DNA of 64,000 bases from Pirellulales bacterium. Lineage in GTDB: Bacteria; Planctomycetota; Planctomycetia; Pirellulales; PALSA-1355. The DNA lies in the NCBI GenBank assembly GCA_963733035.1, contig CAVTBU010000005.1, positions 2,624,001-2,688,000 of the forward strand, read 5' to 3'. The notes beneath the pieces were generated by a model. That model was not told the origin of the DNA, made no database searches, and worked only from the letters and a program-made list of their open reading frames with translations. Made by a program: the position numbers and the translations under genes. This document shows, in pieces, positions 11,669 to 21,964 of this stretch. The stretch's first letter is position 1; each line of letters opens with the position of its first letter.

Positions 11669-13278
11669 AGTTAATGGGCGAAGCTTGTGAGCAAAAGCGA
11701 TTGCGTGCACCGGCCCGTAGCGGCGAAACGTTGCTTGAGCCGCCGCTCGTCGAAATTGGCGAATTGATCGAGCGCAATGCCGCCGCGGCCGCCAACTACG
11801 ATTACGACATCGGTGGCCGGCCGCTTTCGCACCTGGCCGTCGACGCGCGTCGTGAATTGATGGAAGCGGCCTGGGATTACACCCGCGCCTACCGCGACGT
11901 GCCGCTGCCGCCGATGGCGCCGGAAACACCCGTGCTACTCGCCGGCCATCAACCGCAGCTGTTTCACCCCGGGGTGTGGTTTAAGAACTTCGTGCTCGGT
12001 CACCTGGCCCATCGTCACGGCGGGGTGGCGATCAACCTGGCGATCGACAGCGACACGATCAAAACCGCGTCCCTACGAGTGCCGACCGGGTCGGTGTCAG
12101 ATCCGCGCGTGGAAATCGTACCGTTCGATCGGCAGTCGACCGAGATTCCCTACGAAGAGCGAGAGATCGTCGATCGCTCGTGCCTGGAGTCGTTCGGCCG
12201 GCGGACCGCGGAGTTGCTCGCACCGCTGGTGCCCAATCCCCTGATTCGCGACTTTTGGCCGCTGGTCGTCGAGCGGTCCAAGGCAGGCAACAATCTCGGC
12301 GAGTGTCTCGCGCAGGCTCGGCATCAGCAAGAGGGACTTTGGGGCACAACCACGCTCGAGATTCCTCAAAGCCGGGTCTGCGGACTTCCGTCATTCTTTT
12401 GGTTTACCAGCCATCTGCTCGCGCATTTGCCGCGGCTATGGGAACAATACAATCGGTCGGTGGCCGACTATCGCTCCGAAAATCACGTCCGTAGCGCGGC
12501 CCACCCGGTTCCAGACCTGGCCATCGACGACGGCTGGCTCGAAGCGCCGTTCTGGATTTGGGATCGCGACAATCCGCGCCGCCGCAGGTTGTTTGTGCGG
12601 CAACGCGGAGATGAAATCGTGCTTTCCGATCGAGCCGGAATCGAGCATGCGCTGGCCTTGCAGCCCGAGGGTGATGTCGATCGTGCGGCAGGGCAGCTGG
12701 TCGAGCTGGCCGCTGGCGGATTGCGGCTACGGACGCGGGCCCTGATTACGACGCTGTTTGCCCGCTTGTGCTTGGGCGACCTGTTCATGCACGGGATTGG
12801 CGGAGCGAAGTACGATCAGGTAACCGACCTGTTGATCAGCCGATTCTTCGGCATCAAACCCCCCTGTTACATGACGCTCACCGCCACGTTGCGGCTGCCG
12901 ATTGCGCGGCCGGCAGTATCGCAGGAAGACGCCCGACGACTCGATCAGCAGCTGCGCGAGTTGACATACCAGCCGGAACGCTTCGTCAAAGGAAACGCCG
13001 ATCCGCAAGCCGCTTCGCTCATTCGCAACAAGCGGCAGTGGGTTGAGACCGCGCCTACGGAGAGCAATGCCAAACTTCGCGGCGACCACATCCGAACCGC
13101 GAATGCCGGACTGCAACCGATCGTCGCACCGATTCGGCAGTCCCTGCTGGCACAACGTGAGCTACTGGCCGACACGCTTCGCGCGCAATCGATTCTGGCA
13201 TCGCGCGAATATGCATTTTGCCTGTATCCGGCCGAGGCCTTGCAAGCGTTGATGAAATCCGGCACCGATGGCGAATAG
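11665..13278 (+). CDS. Hypothetical protein, distant BshC-like (HUP/Rossmann ligase-like)
   Basis: ~540 aa; AGHQPQLFHPGVWFKN, IDSD, HGIGGAKY, helical C-terminal region and SREY fall in the same order as BshC motifs; ATGA overlap with the GT2 stop. Confidence 0.55.
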   Translation: MKLMGEACEQKRLRAPARSGETLLEPPLVEIGELIERNAAAAANYDYDIGGRPLSHLAVDARRELMEAAWDYTRAYRDVPLPPMAPETPVLLAGHQPQLFHPGVWFKNFVLGHLAHRHGGVAINLAIDSDTIKTASLRVPTGSVSDPRVEIVPFDRQSTEIPYEEREIVDRSCLESFGRRTAELLAPLVPNPLIRDFWPLVVERSKAGNNLGECLAQARHQQEGLWGTTTLEIPQSRVCGLPSFFWFTSHLLAHLPRLWEQYNRSVADYRSENHVRSAAHPVPDLAIDDGWLEAPFWIWDRDNPRRRRLFVRQRGDEIVLSDRAGIEHALALQPEGDVDRAAGQLVELAAGGLRLRTRALITTLFARLCLGDLFMHGIGGAKYDQVTDLLISRFFGIKPPCYMTLTATLRLPIARPAVSQEDARRLDQQLRELTYQPERFVKGNADPQAASLIRNKRQWVETAPTESNAKLRGDHIRTANAGLQPIVAPIRQSLLAQRELLADTLRAQSILASREYAFCLYPAEALQALMKSGTDGE

Positions 13279-13350
13279 CGGCGACACATTCGGCGTCAGG
13301 ATAGCCTTTGACGGGCGCCATGCAACTGGCCACTCAGGAGGAACTTTGTC

Positions 13351-14566
13351 ATGGCCCGTTCTCGCATCGGCATCTGGTTGATCGGGGCCAAGGGAGGCGT
13401 GGCCACCACCGCCATCGTCGGATTGAACGCCTTGCGCAAAGGGTCTGATGGAATCGGCCGGGCTGGTGAGCGCGCTGCCGCGGTTCGCCGGCGTCGAACT
13501 GGCCGACTGGAAGGACTTCGTCCTTGGCGGCCACGATATTCGCGAGGGCTCGCTCTACGAACATGCCGCACGGATGCACTCCGAACACAAGGCAATCGAT
13601 GCTAATGTAATCGCACGCTGCAAATCCGATCTCGAAAAGGTCGAAAAGAATCTACGGCCGGGCGTGCTGGTGAACGTCGGCGAAACGATCGAAGCGTTCG
13701 CCGATCCGAAGTTGCGGGCCGTGCGCGACACGCCGCGCTCGGCAATCGAACGGATCCAGCAGGACCTGAAGGATTTTCAGACCGCGCACAAGCTGGCGCA
13801 CACGGTCGTGGTGAACGTCGCTTCAACCGAGGCGACCACCGCCGGAGACGATCTGCCCGAGCGGTGGAAGGACCTGGACAAGCTGCTCGACAAGCCGCGC
13901 CGCTGTGAATTGCCGGCCAGTTCGCTGTATGCGATCGCCGCGGTGGACCTGGGCTGCTCGTACGTGAACTTCACGCCCTCGGTCGGTGGCACGCCACTCG
14001 CCATTCGGGAATTGGTGGCCGACCGCGGCACGCGGCAGTCGGGCTTCGACGGCAAGACGGGGGAAACCTTGCTCAAAAGCACGCTCGCGCCGATGTTCGC
14101 CGCCCGCAACTTGGAGGTGATGAGCTGGGTAGGGCACAACATCTTCGGCAACCTCGACGGAAAAGTCCTGGCGCAAAGCCCGGCCAAGAAGTCGAAGGCG
14201 GCGGCCAAGGATCGGCTGCTGCGGCCCATTCTCGGCTACATGCCGCAGACGCTGGTGTCGCTCGAATACATTCAAAGCCTGGGCGATTGGAAAACCGCCT
14301 GGGATCACGTCCATTTCAAAGGCTTCTTCGGCACGCCGATGACCCTGCAATTCACCTGGCAAGGCTGCGACTCGCTGTTGGCGGCCCCACTGGTGCTCGA
14401 CCTGGTGCGCTTCACCGAGCGGGCCTGGCGGGCCGGCGAAGTTGGCACGCTCACGTTTCTCAGCAGCTTCTTCAAAACCCCGCTCGACTGCGAAGAAAAC
14501 GACTTTGGCCGTCAATTCCAGTTACTCGAACACTGGGCCGATGGTGTCTCGCAGCCTACACTGTGA
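13351..14566 (+). CDS. ino1: Inositol-3-phosphate synthase, frameshifted near ~13445
   Basis: GAKGGVATT, VVNVASTE, YVNFTPS, DGKTGETLLK, NIFGNLDG, GDWKTAWD, GCDSLLAAPLVLDL. Confidence 0.9.
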
Positions 14567-14611
14567 ACCATTCCCAGCGTTCGATTCGACCCGTCAGCAT
14601 TCAATCTCCTG

Positions 14612-15808
14612 ATGACCACGACTGAACATCCAAACGACGACGCAGAGCAGTCTCCCGTCGGCACGGCGACGGAGACCGAACCGGTTGAAATGACGCCCGA
14701 GCAACTTGCCGAGGCCAAGCAGTATGGCAAACGATCTCTGCTTTGCGATCTGATCGACAAGGTGCTCGATGTCGCATTTCTGACGGTCATGGCGCTGGCC
14801 GTGGCCGTGCCGCTCGATGCGTGGCTTGGCGAAACGATGCCGTCATACACATTGCGATTGGCGGCAATCTTCGCCATTACGACGCTCGTGCACATGGCGG
14901 TTTCGTTTCCACTTTCGCTCTACTCCGGCTACACACTGGAACATCACTACAGCTTGAGCCAGCAAACGTTTGGACGCTGGCTATGGCGATACTTCAAACG
15001 CAACGGCCTGGCGATGGTTTTTGGCTTGCTGCTCGTCGTGGCGCTGTATTGGATCATCTGGCTCGTCGGCGATTGGTGGTGGCTGGCGGCGGCCGGCGCG
15101 TTCTTTGTCGTCACCGTGCTGATGGGACAATTGGCCCCAGTGCTGATCGTGCCGTTGTTCTACAAGGTCGAACGGCTCGATAGCCCGGAGCTCAACGATC
15201 GCATGGAACGGCTGGCCGCTGGCACGGGGCTTTCAATCCAGGGCGTCTATCGACTGGGACTGAGCGAAGAGACAACCAAGGCCAACGCCATGCTCGCCGG
15301 CCTGGGACGCACGCGGCGGGTGCTGATGGGTGATACGCTGCTCGATCGGTTCACGCCCGACGAGATCGAGGTGATCTTCGCCCACGAGATCGGCCATCAT
15401 GTGTTTCGTCACATTCGCAAAATGATCCTTACCGGGCTGGTCTACAGCCTGTTGGGCTTTTGGGTCTGCAATCAGGTGCTCTTGGCGTGGGCTCAGAGCC
15501 AATACGGCCCCATCTCGCCGCACGATTTGCCGTCAAGCACATTGCCGCTGCTGATGCTGGTGCTGACCGTGTTCTCCCTGCTGCTCGAACCGCTGCAAAA
15601 CGTCATCAGCCGCCGCTACGAGCGCCAGTGCGACCGCTATGCGCTTGAGCGAACTGGCCTGCGCGAAGCCTACCAATCCGCCTTCCGCAAGCTGGCCCGC
15701 TTGAACAAGGACGATCCCGATCCGCACCCGCTGGAAGTGTTCCTCTTCCACAGCCACCCGCCCATCAGCCAGCGGTTGGCGATCGCCGACAAGACTCACG
15801 CCTCGTGA
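14612..15808 (+). CDS. M48 (Ste24-like) membrane metallopeptidase
   Basis: ANA..AGLG.TRR, HEIGH, ERQCD, SHPP. Confidence 0.92.
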   Translation: MTTTEHPNDDAEQSPVGTATETEPVEMTPEQLAEAKQYGKRSLLCDLIDKVLDVAFLTVMALAVAVPLDAWLGETMPSYTLRLAAIFAITTLVHMAVSFPLSLYSGYTLEHHYSLSQQTFGRWLWRYFKRNGLAMVFGLLLVVALYWIIWLVGDWWWLAAAGAFFVVTVLMGQLAPVLIVPLFYKVERLDSPELNDRMERLAAGTGLSIQGVYRLGLSEETTKANAMLAGLGRTRRVLMGDTLLDRFTPDEIEVIFAHEIGHHVFRHIRKMILTGLVYSLLGFWVCNQVLLAWAQSQYGPISPHDLPSSTLPLLMLVLTVFSLLLEPLQNVISRRYERQCDRYALERTGLREAYQSAFRKLARLNKDDPDPHPLEVFLFHSHPPISQRLAIADKTHAS

Positions 15809-15820
15809 GTCTTGCAATAC

Positions 15821-16820
15821 CTAGGAAATCAGGATCGGCGTGAAGCAGAACACCGGAATCGCCAGCGATACGAAGCCAAATAGCCAGCGCTTCCAGCCCA
15901 GCCGCACGTTGTCGTCGCGCGTGGGCGGGTGATCGACGCCGAGCATGATCACGATCACCAGCATCAGCGTCCAGTTGTAGTGCTCGCCAAAGATGATGAA
16001 CAGGATCGCCAGCACCATGAACGAACGGGCGACCAGTTTCGCGCCGCGGCCAAACAGCCCATAGATGACGTGTCCGCCATCGAGTTGGCTGATCGGCAGC
16101 ATGTTCAGCCCCGTGATCAGCATGCCGACCCAGCCGGCCATCAGTAGCGGGTTGTTCTTGTTGAGGATCGCGTCGGGGGCAATGTCCGGGCGCCATCAGC
16201 TTGAAGATCAGCGGATCGCCCAAAACGATATCGGCGTTCGCCTGCATGACAGTCGCCCGCTGGATGCCAAACCAGATGATCGGCAGGGCCACGATCAGCC
16301 CGGCCCAGGGTCCGGAAATGCCGATGTCAAACAGTTGACGCCGGTTGGCGCGCGAGCCTTCCATGCCAATGACGGCCCCCATCGTACCTGTGAGCAGAAA
16401 CGGAACGGGAATGAAGAACGGCAGGCTGGCCGGCACCCGGTAGCGGAGCGTTTGGATAAAGTGTCCCATCTCGTGCGTGAGCAGAATCCCAATCACGGCC
16501 CCGGCATAGATCAGCCCTTGCCGCCAGTTCTGGGCAATCTTCTGGCCGATGGTGTCGTTGACGACGTAGGTGCCGGGGTCCCAATCGAGCGACCCGGCAA
16601 TGAACGTCGAAAGGCAGGTGGCGACAAACAGAAATACCGGCAGAAAAACCCGCCGAGGGCGGTGCTCGGCGACGTCAGCGGCCATCAACTCCCGCTGCAT
16701 GAATTCCGATCCGCGGGCCCCGTCGCCGGCCGCTTGGGCCGCTTGCCAGGCGGCAACCTCGGGAGTCAGTTCCGGCGGGGCCGGAGACCACTCAGATTCT
16801 TCCCCTCGTTCGTCGTTCAT
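15821..16820 (-). CDS. Site-2 protease (M50), frameshifted near ~16190
   Basis: HEMGH, GTMGAVI and SGP in one frame; NMLPISQLDGGH in ORF 15821..16141. Confidence 0.9.
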
Positions 16821-16952
16821 CCTTCCAGCATAGCAGCGAGGTGACGCGATTCGGAAGGGGCCGAATTCCCTGAATGGGAGTACTGACGTTCCACGATTAA
16901 GCGCCGCCGATAGAATCTTCCAGCGACTCAACGGAACGCGCAGGTTTCGCCT

Positions 16953-17294
16953 ATGATTTCCAGCCGTACGAGCCTTGTTGTTGCAATAACTCTCGCGGGG
17001 TGTTCATCCAGCCCGCGATCAGCTTACATCAATGACGTTTCCGTGCGCGCTTCAGACGATACCGGCTACCAAATCATCGAGGTCGATGGCACCGCAATGA
17101 AACGCCAACGCGGCTCATTCGTTACCTATGTCCCGCTGGGATTGGTCGAACCGGGCACGCATACATTCGTACTTCAGAGGAAGGACGCATCTGACGACAA
17201 GCTAGTGATTTCGGGAGTTGTTGAAGCGAACAAGAAATATCGGCTCGCCACCTGCGACGATGGGGCCATCCAGCTCGTCGAAGACAGTCCGTAG
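16953..17294 (+). CDS. Small hypothetical lipoprotein
   Basis: Lipobox LAGC at residues 14-17; fills the gap between two minus-strand genes. Confidence 0.65.
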   Translation: MISSRTSLVVAITLAGCSSSPRSAYINDVSVRASDDTGYQIIEVDGTAMKRQRGSFVTYVPLGLVEPGTHTFVLQRKDASDDKLVISGVVEANKKYRLATCDDGAIQLVEDSP

Positions 17295-17321
17295 CACTTA
17301 GATCGCCGTGCTACTTCCGTA

Positions 17322-19529
17322 CTACTCCCCATTCACCCGCTCCACCCGCAGCCCTTTGTATTCCCCAGTAAACCAGCGGGGGATGTCGTTTTTGTAGAAC
17401 CCGCTCACGATGCTTTCGCTGGGGCCGCCGGGCAGGTTCGTCCAGGCTTCGTCGGTCCCCATGTCGGTGACGAAGTGGTAGCTCGGTGCGAAAGATGCCT
17501 CGCGCCGTGCGACGCGCAGCAAGTGGCCCTGGAACGGCGTGGCGTAGCAGCCCGGCAGCGGCATCTCGCTGGTGTGCAGGCCGAAGGCGCGACCCACCAG
17601 CCGGCTCTCGACGAAGCGGTTGGTAAACTGAAAGCTGTTGATGGTCGACCACGGTGCATCGCGCTCGCTGGCCAATGCCGCCGCCGCGCGGCGAATCAAG
17701 TTCGACTTGTCTCGCCCTCGCCACCACAGCGAATCCTGGCGAACCAGCAGCTTGTCGATCGCCGTGAGCACCATCGTCGAAAAACCGACGCGGCTGCACA
17801 AATACATCATTCGTCGCCAGCCGATCCCGTGCTCATGGCCAAACACCTCCAGCAGCACATTGCGGTAAAACTGCGAAAACAACGTCGCCTCGTGGCTGGT
17901 GGGCGAGTAGCTACAGTCCCACCGCGCCAGGCGCTCCTTCAGCTCGCCGTCGGGCATGTGCGGCAGGAACACGCCCAACAGGTCGCGGGCTTGCAGACTC
18001 ACAACGTCGTATTGTAGCGCCTGCATGTCGGCGATCGTGGCCGGATTCAGCTCCGCGAGTCGCTCGTCGATCCGCCGCTTGCGATAGTTGGGCACCGGCT
18101 GCGTGATAAATACCGGCCCGCCGGGCGGATTGATATTCTCGTTGGCCGTGGCCACGTAGCCTTGTGGCGGATCGTAGATGCGCGGCAGCAAGTGGCTGGA
18201 GATCAAACCGCGCCAGTGATTCCGTCCCTCCCAAGCTGGCACCGGCAGCAGGCCGTTGTGGTTCTTTGCCCGTTTCGGAAACCAACCGCCGGCCTGCAAC
18301 CCAATGTGTCCCTCGCGATCGGCAAACACCCACACCAGCGTCGGCAGCGGACACTCGCGGGCAATGTCCATCGCGCTGAGCGCGTCGGGCGCGAACACAA
18401 AGTCGAGCCAGGTCGATATCGAGCGGCCCGCCCCCTTCATGTCTCCCACCCAGGAGTTCAACAGGTAGTAGCCGGGTTCGCCCGGACGCGGATCGGTTTC
18501 GAGCGTCCCCAGATCATTGTAAAGAACGCCCATCACCTCGGGCTTGTTCCCTTTGCGAACGATCGTTTCCTCGCGGATTCGAAAGTCGTGCCATTCGTCG
18601 CCGCGACGGTATTGCCACGCGCCGGTGCCCGACTGGCGGCAGTCTTCGATGAAGTGGTCGCTGGTGTCGCCTTTCAAATAGGTCACACCCCACGAAACGT
18701 CGCGCGTGCGGGCCACGGCGAACAGCGGACAACCCGGAAGCGTCGCGCCCAGCACGTAGTGGCCGTCTTCCCAGTGCAGTTCCGCTTCGTACCAGATGGC
18801 CGGCAGACGGTTAACTTCCAGGTGTGGATCGGAGGCCAACAGGGCCGACCCGGTCGCGCTGCGCTTGGGGGCGACCGCCCAGGCGTTGCTGCCGGCCAGG
18901 CGGGGCAGGTCGGTGATCAGCTCCAGGGCTTCGTCCGACAGCTGGCTGGCAATTTTGAGCTGCCGCAACAGGCCGATGTCGGCGTCGTCGAGCATCGGGC
19001 TGAACAGCTCGCGCAGCTTATCGTCGGCCACGCCCGCATGAATCAGGTCGAGAATGATTCGCTCGTTTTGCTGCTGCCCCACGACCAGCCCGCCGAAACT
19101 GAGCAGGTGCCCCATTAGCAGCACGCTCTTTTGGTTCCAGGGCTGCGGAATGAATCCGGTCGCCCACATCGGCAACGAGCGGCCCGAGTCCTTCATCCCG
19201 TCGTTGACGCCCTCGCAGTAGGTGGTCAACTGGTCGAACGTCTCGTCGTCGAGCTCGGCCACTTCCTCATCGAGATTCAAATACAGCCCCGTGCGGCGGA
19301 AGAAGCGGTCCATTTCGACCAGCTCGGGCTTGTCGGCAATCTGCTCGGCCGACTGCCCGCTGGCCACCGCCCGCGAAAACAGCAATTGCGTGGGCCGATC
19401 CATGCCATGCATGTAGCCCAAGCCATAGAGCGCGGCCCGCCACGAGCCGGCTGAGATGTGCGGAACCCCGTTGTCATCGCGGGCGACCGAAAACCGCCGG
19501 CGGGCATTCTTGGTAGGCAGGATTTTCAT
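17322..19529 (-). CDS. Penicillin acylase family (Ntn hydrolase, peptidase S45)
   Basis: RDDNGVPHI, catalytic GSNAWA, LASDPHL, ATAN, PGGPSE; no obvious signal peptide. Confidence 0.9.
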   Translation of the reverse strand: MKILPTKNARRRFSVARDDNGVPHISAGSWRAALYGLGYMHGMDRPTQLLFSRAVASGQSAEQIADKPELVEMDRFFRRTGLYLNLDEEVAELDDETFDQLTTYCEGVNDGMKDSGRSLPMWATGFIPQPWNQKSVLLMGHLLSFGGLVVGQQQNERIILDLIHAGVADDKLRELFSPMLDDADIGLLRQLKIASQLSDEALELITDLPRLAGSNAWAVAPKRSATGSALLASDPHLEVNRLPAIWYEAELHWEDGHYVLGATLPGCPLFAVARTRDVSWGVTYLKGDTSDHFIEDCRQSGTGAWQYRRGDEWHDFRIREETIVRKGNKPEVMGVLYNDLGTLETDPRPGEPGYYLLNSWVGDMKGAGRSISTWLDFVFAPDALSAMDIARECPLPTLVWVFADREGHIGLQAGGWFPKRAKNHNGLLPVPAWEGRNHWRGLISSHLLPRIYDPPQGYVATANENINPPGGPVFITQPVPNYRKRRIDERLAELNPATIADMQALQYDVVSLQARDLLGVFLPHMPDGELKERLARWDCSYSPTSHEATLFSQFYRNVLLEVFGHEHGIGWRRMMYLCSRVGFSTMVLTAIDKLLVRQDSLWWRGRDKSNLIRRAAAALASERDAPWSTINSFQFTNRFVESRLVGRAFGLHTSEMPLPGCYATPFQGHLLRVARREASFAPSYHFVTDMGTDEAWTNLPGGPSESIVSGFYKNDIPRWFTGEYKGLRVERVNGE

Positions 19530-19580
19530 CAGGTGATTGCGCCGAACCGAGTCAGTCCACCCCAAGTGTAGCACGGAGGG
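19401..19580. repeat. Direct repeat copy 1 (5' end of the acylase gene plus upstream DNA)
   Basis: Matches 21110-21288 with about 11 substitutions and 1 indel (manual alignment). Confidence 0.95.
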
Positions 19581-19754
19581 CTATTTGAGAGGATGCGAAT
19601 TAGCGGCACCAGCGATGCAAGCGGAGCGGGCCGCACAGCAAAGCACAACCTCGCGACCGTCGGCAGCACCTAATTTCTTCTACGAATCGTAGCGGCCGCT
19701 GGATCGCAACACGGGCGACCGCGATGCCTGCCGCCCGGTTTGTTCTCCCGGACT

Positions 19755-20768
19755 TCAAGCTGAATCGCCACGTTGCGGTCGGGTCAATTCCATGGGCAGG
19801 ACCAGGGCGCGATAACGACGACGCCAGCCGCAGGCGGCAAGCGCTGCTAGGCCGAGCGCGGCGGGGACGCAGGTTGAGGGCTCGGGAATCATGGCGACGC
19901 GGAAGCCGATATCGTCCCGCTCGAAACTTGGGTAGTAATCCGTTCGATACGTGAAGTACAAGTCGAGAAACGAGATGGAGCTGTATGAACCACCGCGCAG
20001 GCCTCGATGAGAGTAAGTACTAGTCTCGTTCCATTGCCAGACGTTTCCCGCCATGTCATACGCGCCGAAAGGGCTTGCTGTTGAGCTGTAAGCGCCCACG
20101 TCGGTTGGACCAGCACTACGATTAAAGTTCGCCGCATTCGGTGTTGAGGTAGGACTGGTTGGCGTGGGACCCGTACTGCTACTGGTCGGATAGTGAAAAT
20201 ACGAGCTCGTGAGCGGATTATAGTAGGCGGCCTTGTACCACTCGTCCTCGCTCGTTAGAAACACGGTGGCTCCAGCATTCCGTACGATGCTCCGGCCATT
20301 GATTGGCGTACCACCTGCGTCCAACGGACCAAGTGTGTAAGCTCCCGTCTCGGTACCGCCGGGTGCTTGGCCGTTGTTAAGCCAGTTTGCAAACCGAATT
20401 GCGTCATACCAACTAACCCAGTTCACCGGATGGTTGCCGCTGCCGGAGATCACGCTGTACTTGCTGCCGTTCGCGGCGCCGGGATCGTAGTCAATGCCGC
20501 CATAAACGGCCGAATAGCCCATCGAATAGTTGTACAGCCCGAGCAAATTTGCCCCGGTGGGATCGTTGGAGTTGAGAAACTCGACGTACTGACTGTTGGT
20601 GACGTCGTAGGTCCCGATGTTGAACGAGTAGCCTACGGCACCGTAGCCGGTCGAGTCGGCAGCGTTGCCAGGGTTGCCCACCGGCGACCAATCAATCGTG
20701 ACGGCCGAGGCCGACGACACCACGCTGAACAGAATGGCAACTGACACAGAAAGAACCAGGAAGCGCAC
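19755..20768 (-). CDS. SUMF1/FGE-sulfatase-domain protein with PEP-CTERM sorting signal
   Basis: Signal peptide, VGNPGNAAD, YDVTNSQY, PVNWVSWYDA, EDEWYKAAY, DMAGNVWQW, IGFRV, IPEPST-hydrophobic-RRR. Confidence 0.9.
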   Translation of the reverse strand: MRFLVLSVSVAILFSVVSSASAVTIDWSPVGNPGNAADSTGYGAVGYSFNIGTYDVTNSQYVEFLNSNDPTGANLLGLYNYSMGYSAVYGGIDYDPGAANGSKYSVISGSGNHPVNWVSWYDAIRFANWLNNGQAPGGTETGAYTLGPLDAGGTPINGRSIVRNAGATVFLTSEDEWYKAAYYNPLTSSYFHYPTSSSTGPTPTSPTSTPNAANFNRSAGPTDVGAYSSTASPFGAYDMAGNVWQWNETSTYSHRGLRGGSYSSISFLDLYFTYRTDYYPSFERDDIGFRVAMIPEPSTCVPAALGLAALAACGWRRRYRALVLPMELTRPQRGDSA

Positions 20769-21057
20769 TTTGGCCTCGCTTACAATGGACGGAGGGACTA
20801 GAAACCGAGCAAGCAACCGCGACGAAAGTTGCTTAAGACAATGACGTGAAGGCTTGACGTATTAGCTGGTCTCGGTTTCGACGGGCGGGCCAAGGTTGGC
20901 CGTGAAGTGCGTGCGATTGTAATTACTCCGCATGCGGGGTGCAACCGATACGCTGATTTACGGGGCCTTCTAGGCGATTCGATCCGTCGTGGGCACCGAG
21001 AACACGTCAGTGCGCGACCTTCTTTGATTTATTGTCGCGATTTGTCGTGGGCTCGCG

Positions 21058-21110
21058 GCGATAAAGACGACGCCAGCCGCAGGCGGCAAGCGCTGCTAGG
21101 CCGGCGCGGC
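21058..21110. repeat. Second copy of the PEP-CTERM tail coding segment (first copy 19809-19862)
   Basis: GACGACGCCAGCCGCAGGCGGCAAGCGCTGCTAGGCCG is shared by both copies. Confidence 0.9.
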
Positions 21111-21288
21111 ATGCCATGCAAGTAGCCCAGCCCATAGAGCGCGGCCGCCACGAACCGTCCGAGATGTGGGGAACTCCATTGTCATCGCGGGCGACCGACA
21201 ACCGCCGGCGGGCATTCTTGGTAGGCAGGATTTTCATCAGGTGATTGCGCCGAACCGAGTCAGTCCACCCCAAGTGTAGTACGGAGGG
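21110..21288 (-). pseudogene. Direct repeat copy 2: orphan 5' fragment of the acylase gene
   Basis: Encodes MKILPTKNARRRLSVARDDNGVPHISDGSW, then joins the PEP-CTERM tail fragment. Confidence 0.9.
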
Positions 21289-21372
21289 GTAATTCAACGC
21301 GATGCGAGTTGGGGGCGGGACGGGACTGAATTCCGCGGTCGGAAAGGGTCTAATTCGCGCGGGCTTTAAATC

Positions 21373-21942
21373 TCACGTCACAGCGATGAAGGCCACGCCC
21401 AGGTTGGGTAGATCCTCAATCGCCGATTTCAACGTGTCGGAGACCAAGATATCCAGCGTCCAGCGGCTGAGACGAAACAGATGGTGACCTGCGGCGCGGC
21501 TATGATCGATGCAGACCATCGAGATCATCCGGTAATGGCCAACTAGCTCGGGAGAGTCGTCCTCCTCAGTCCACAGGGTGAATTCCGAGCGTCCCTCGTC
21601 CAGGCACTCCACGCGACGGGTGATATTTAGGATCGCGTAGTTGCACTTGGCTCCCTCGATGATGACCGGGAAGTATTCCGCTGCGCCCGGCGCCACTCGT
21701 TCGATAATCTCCCGCACCGTTTGCGAAACCACCGGCAAGTCGAGAGCGCCGAGCGAAAACGCCGCCTCCTTCCCTAACTGACGAACCGGCACGCGCACTG
21801 GTACCGGCCCCGTATAGGGCACACCTTCGGTGAACTCGCATGGGTCGATTGTTTCACCATCAGCCGACAGCGGCCCCCGCAGGAACCATTGATCGGGAAG
21901 GTTTTCAAAATCAGAAACCAGGCGGTAGTAGGTTGCGGACAT
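21373..21942 (-). CDS. Imm11/DUF1629-like immunity protein
   Basis: FSLG..DLPVVS, YFPV.I, CLDE.RS, HHLFRL..W...I.VS; lies directly downstream of the AHH gene. Confidence 0.75.
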   Translation of the reverse strand: MSATYYRLVSDFENLPDQWFLRGPLSADGETIDPCEFTEGVPYTGPVPVRVPVRQLGKEAAFSLGALDLPVVSQTVREIIERVAPGAAEYFPVIIEGAKCNYAILNITRRVECLDEGRSEFTLWTEEDDSPELVGHYRMISMVCIDHSRAAGHHLFRLSRWTLDILVSDTLKSAIEDLPNLGVAFIAVT

Positions 21943-21964
21943 AGGTACTTCTTGCTCTCACAAG

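Noticed and set aside
19755..20768. SUMF1-domain protein as the sulfatase-maturing enzyme
   Set aside because: It lacks the catalytic cysteine pair of true FGE and carries export and PEP-CTERM signals.
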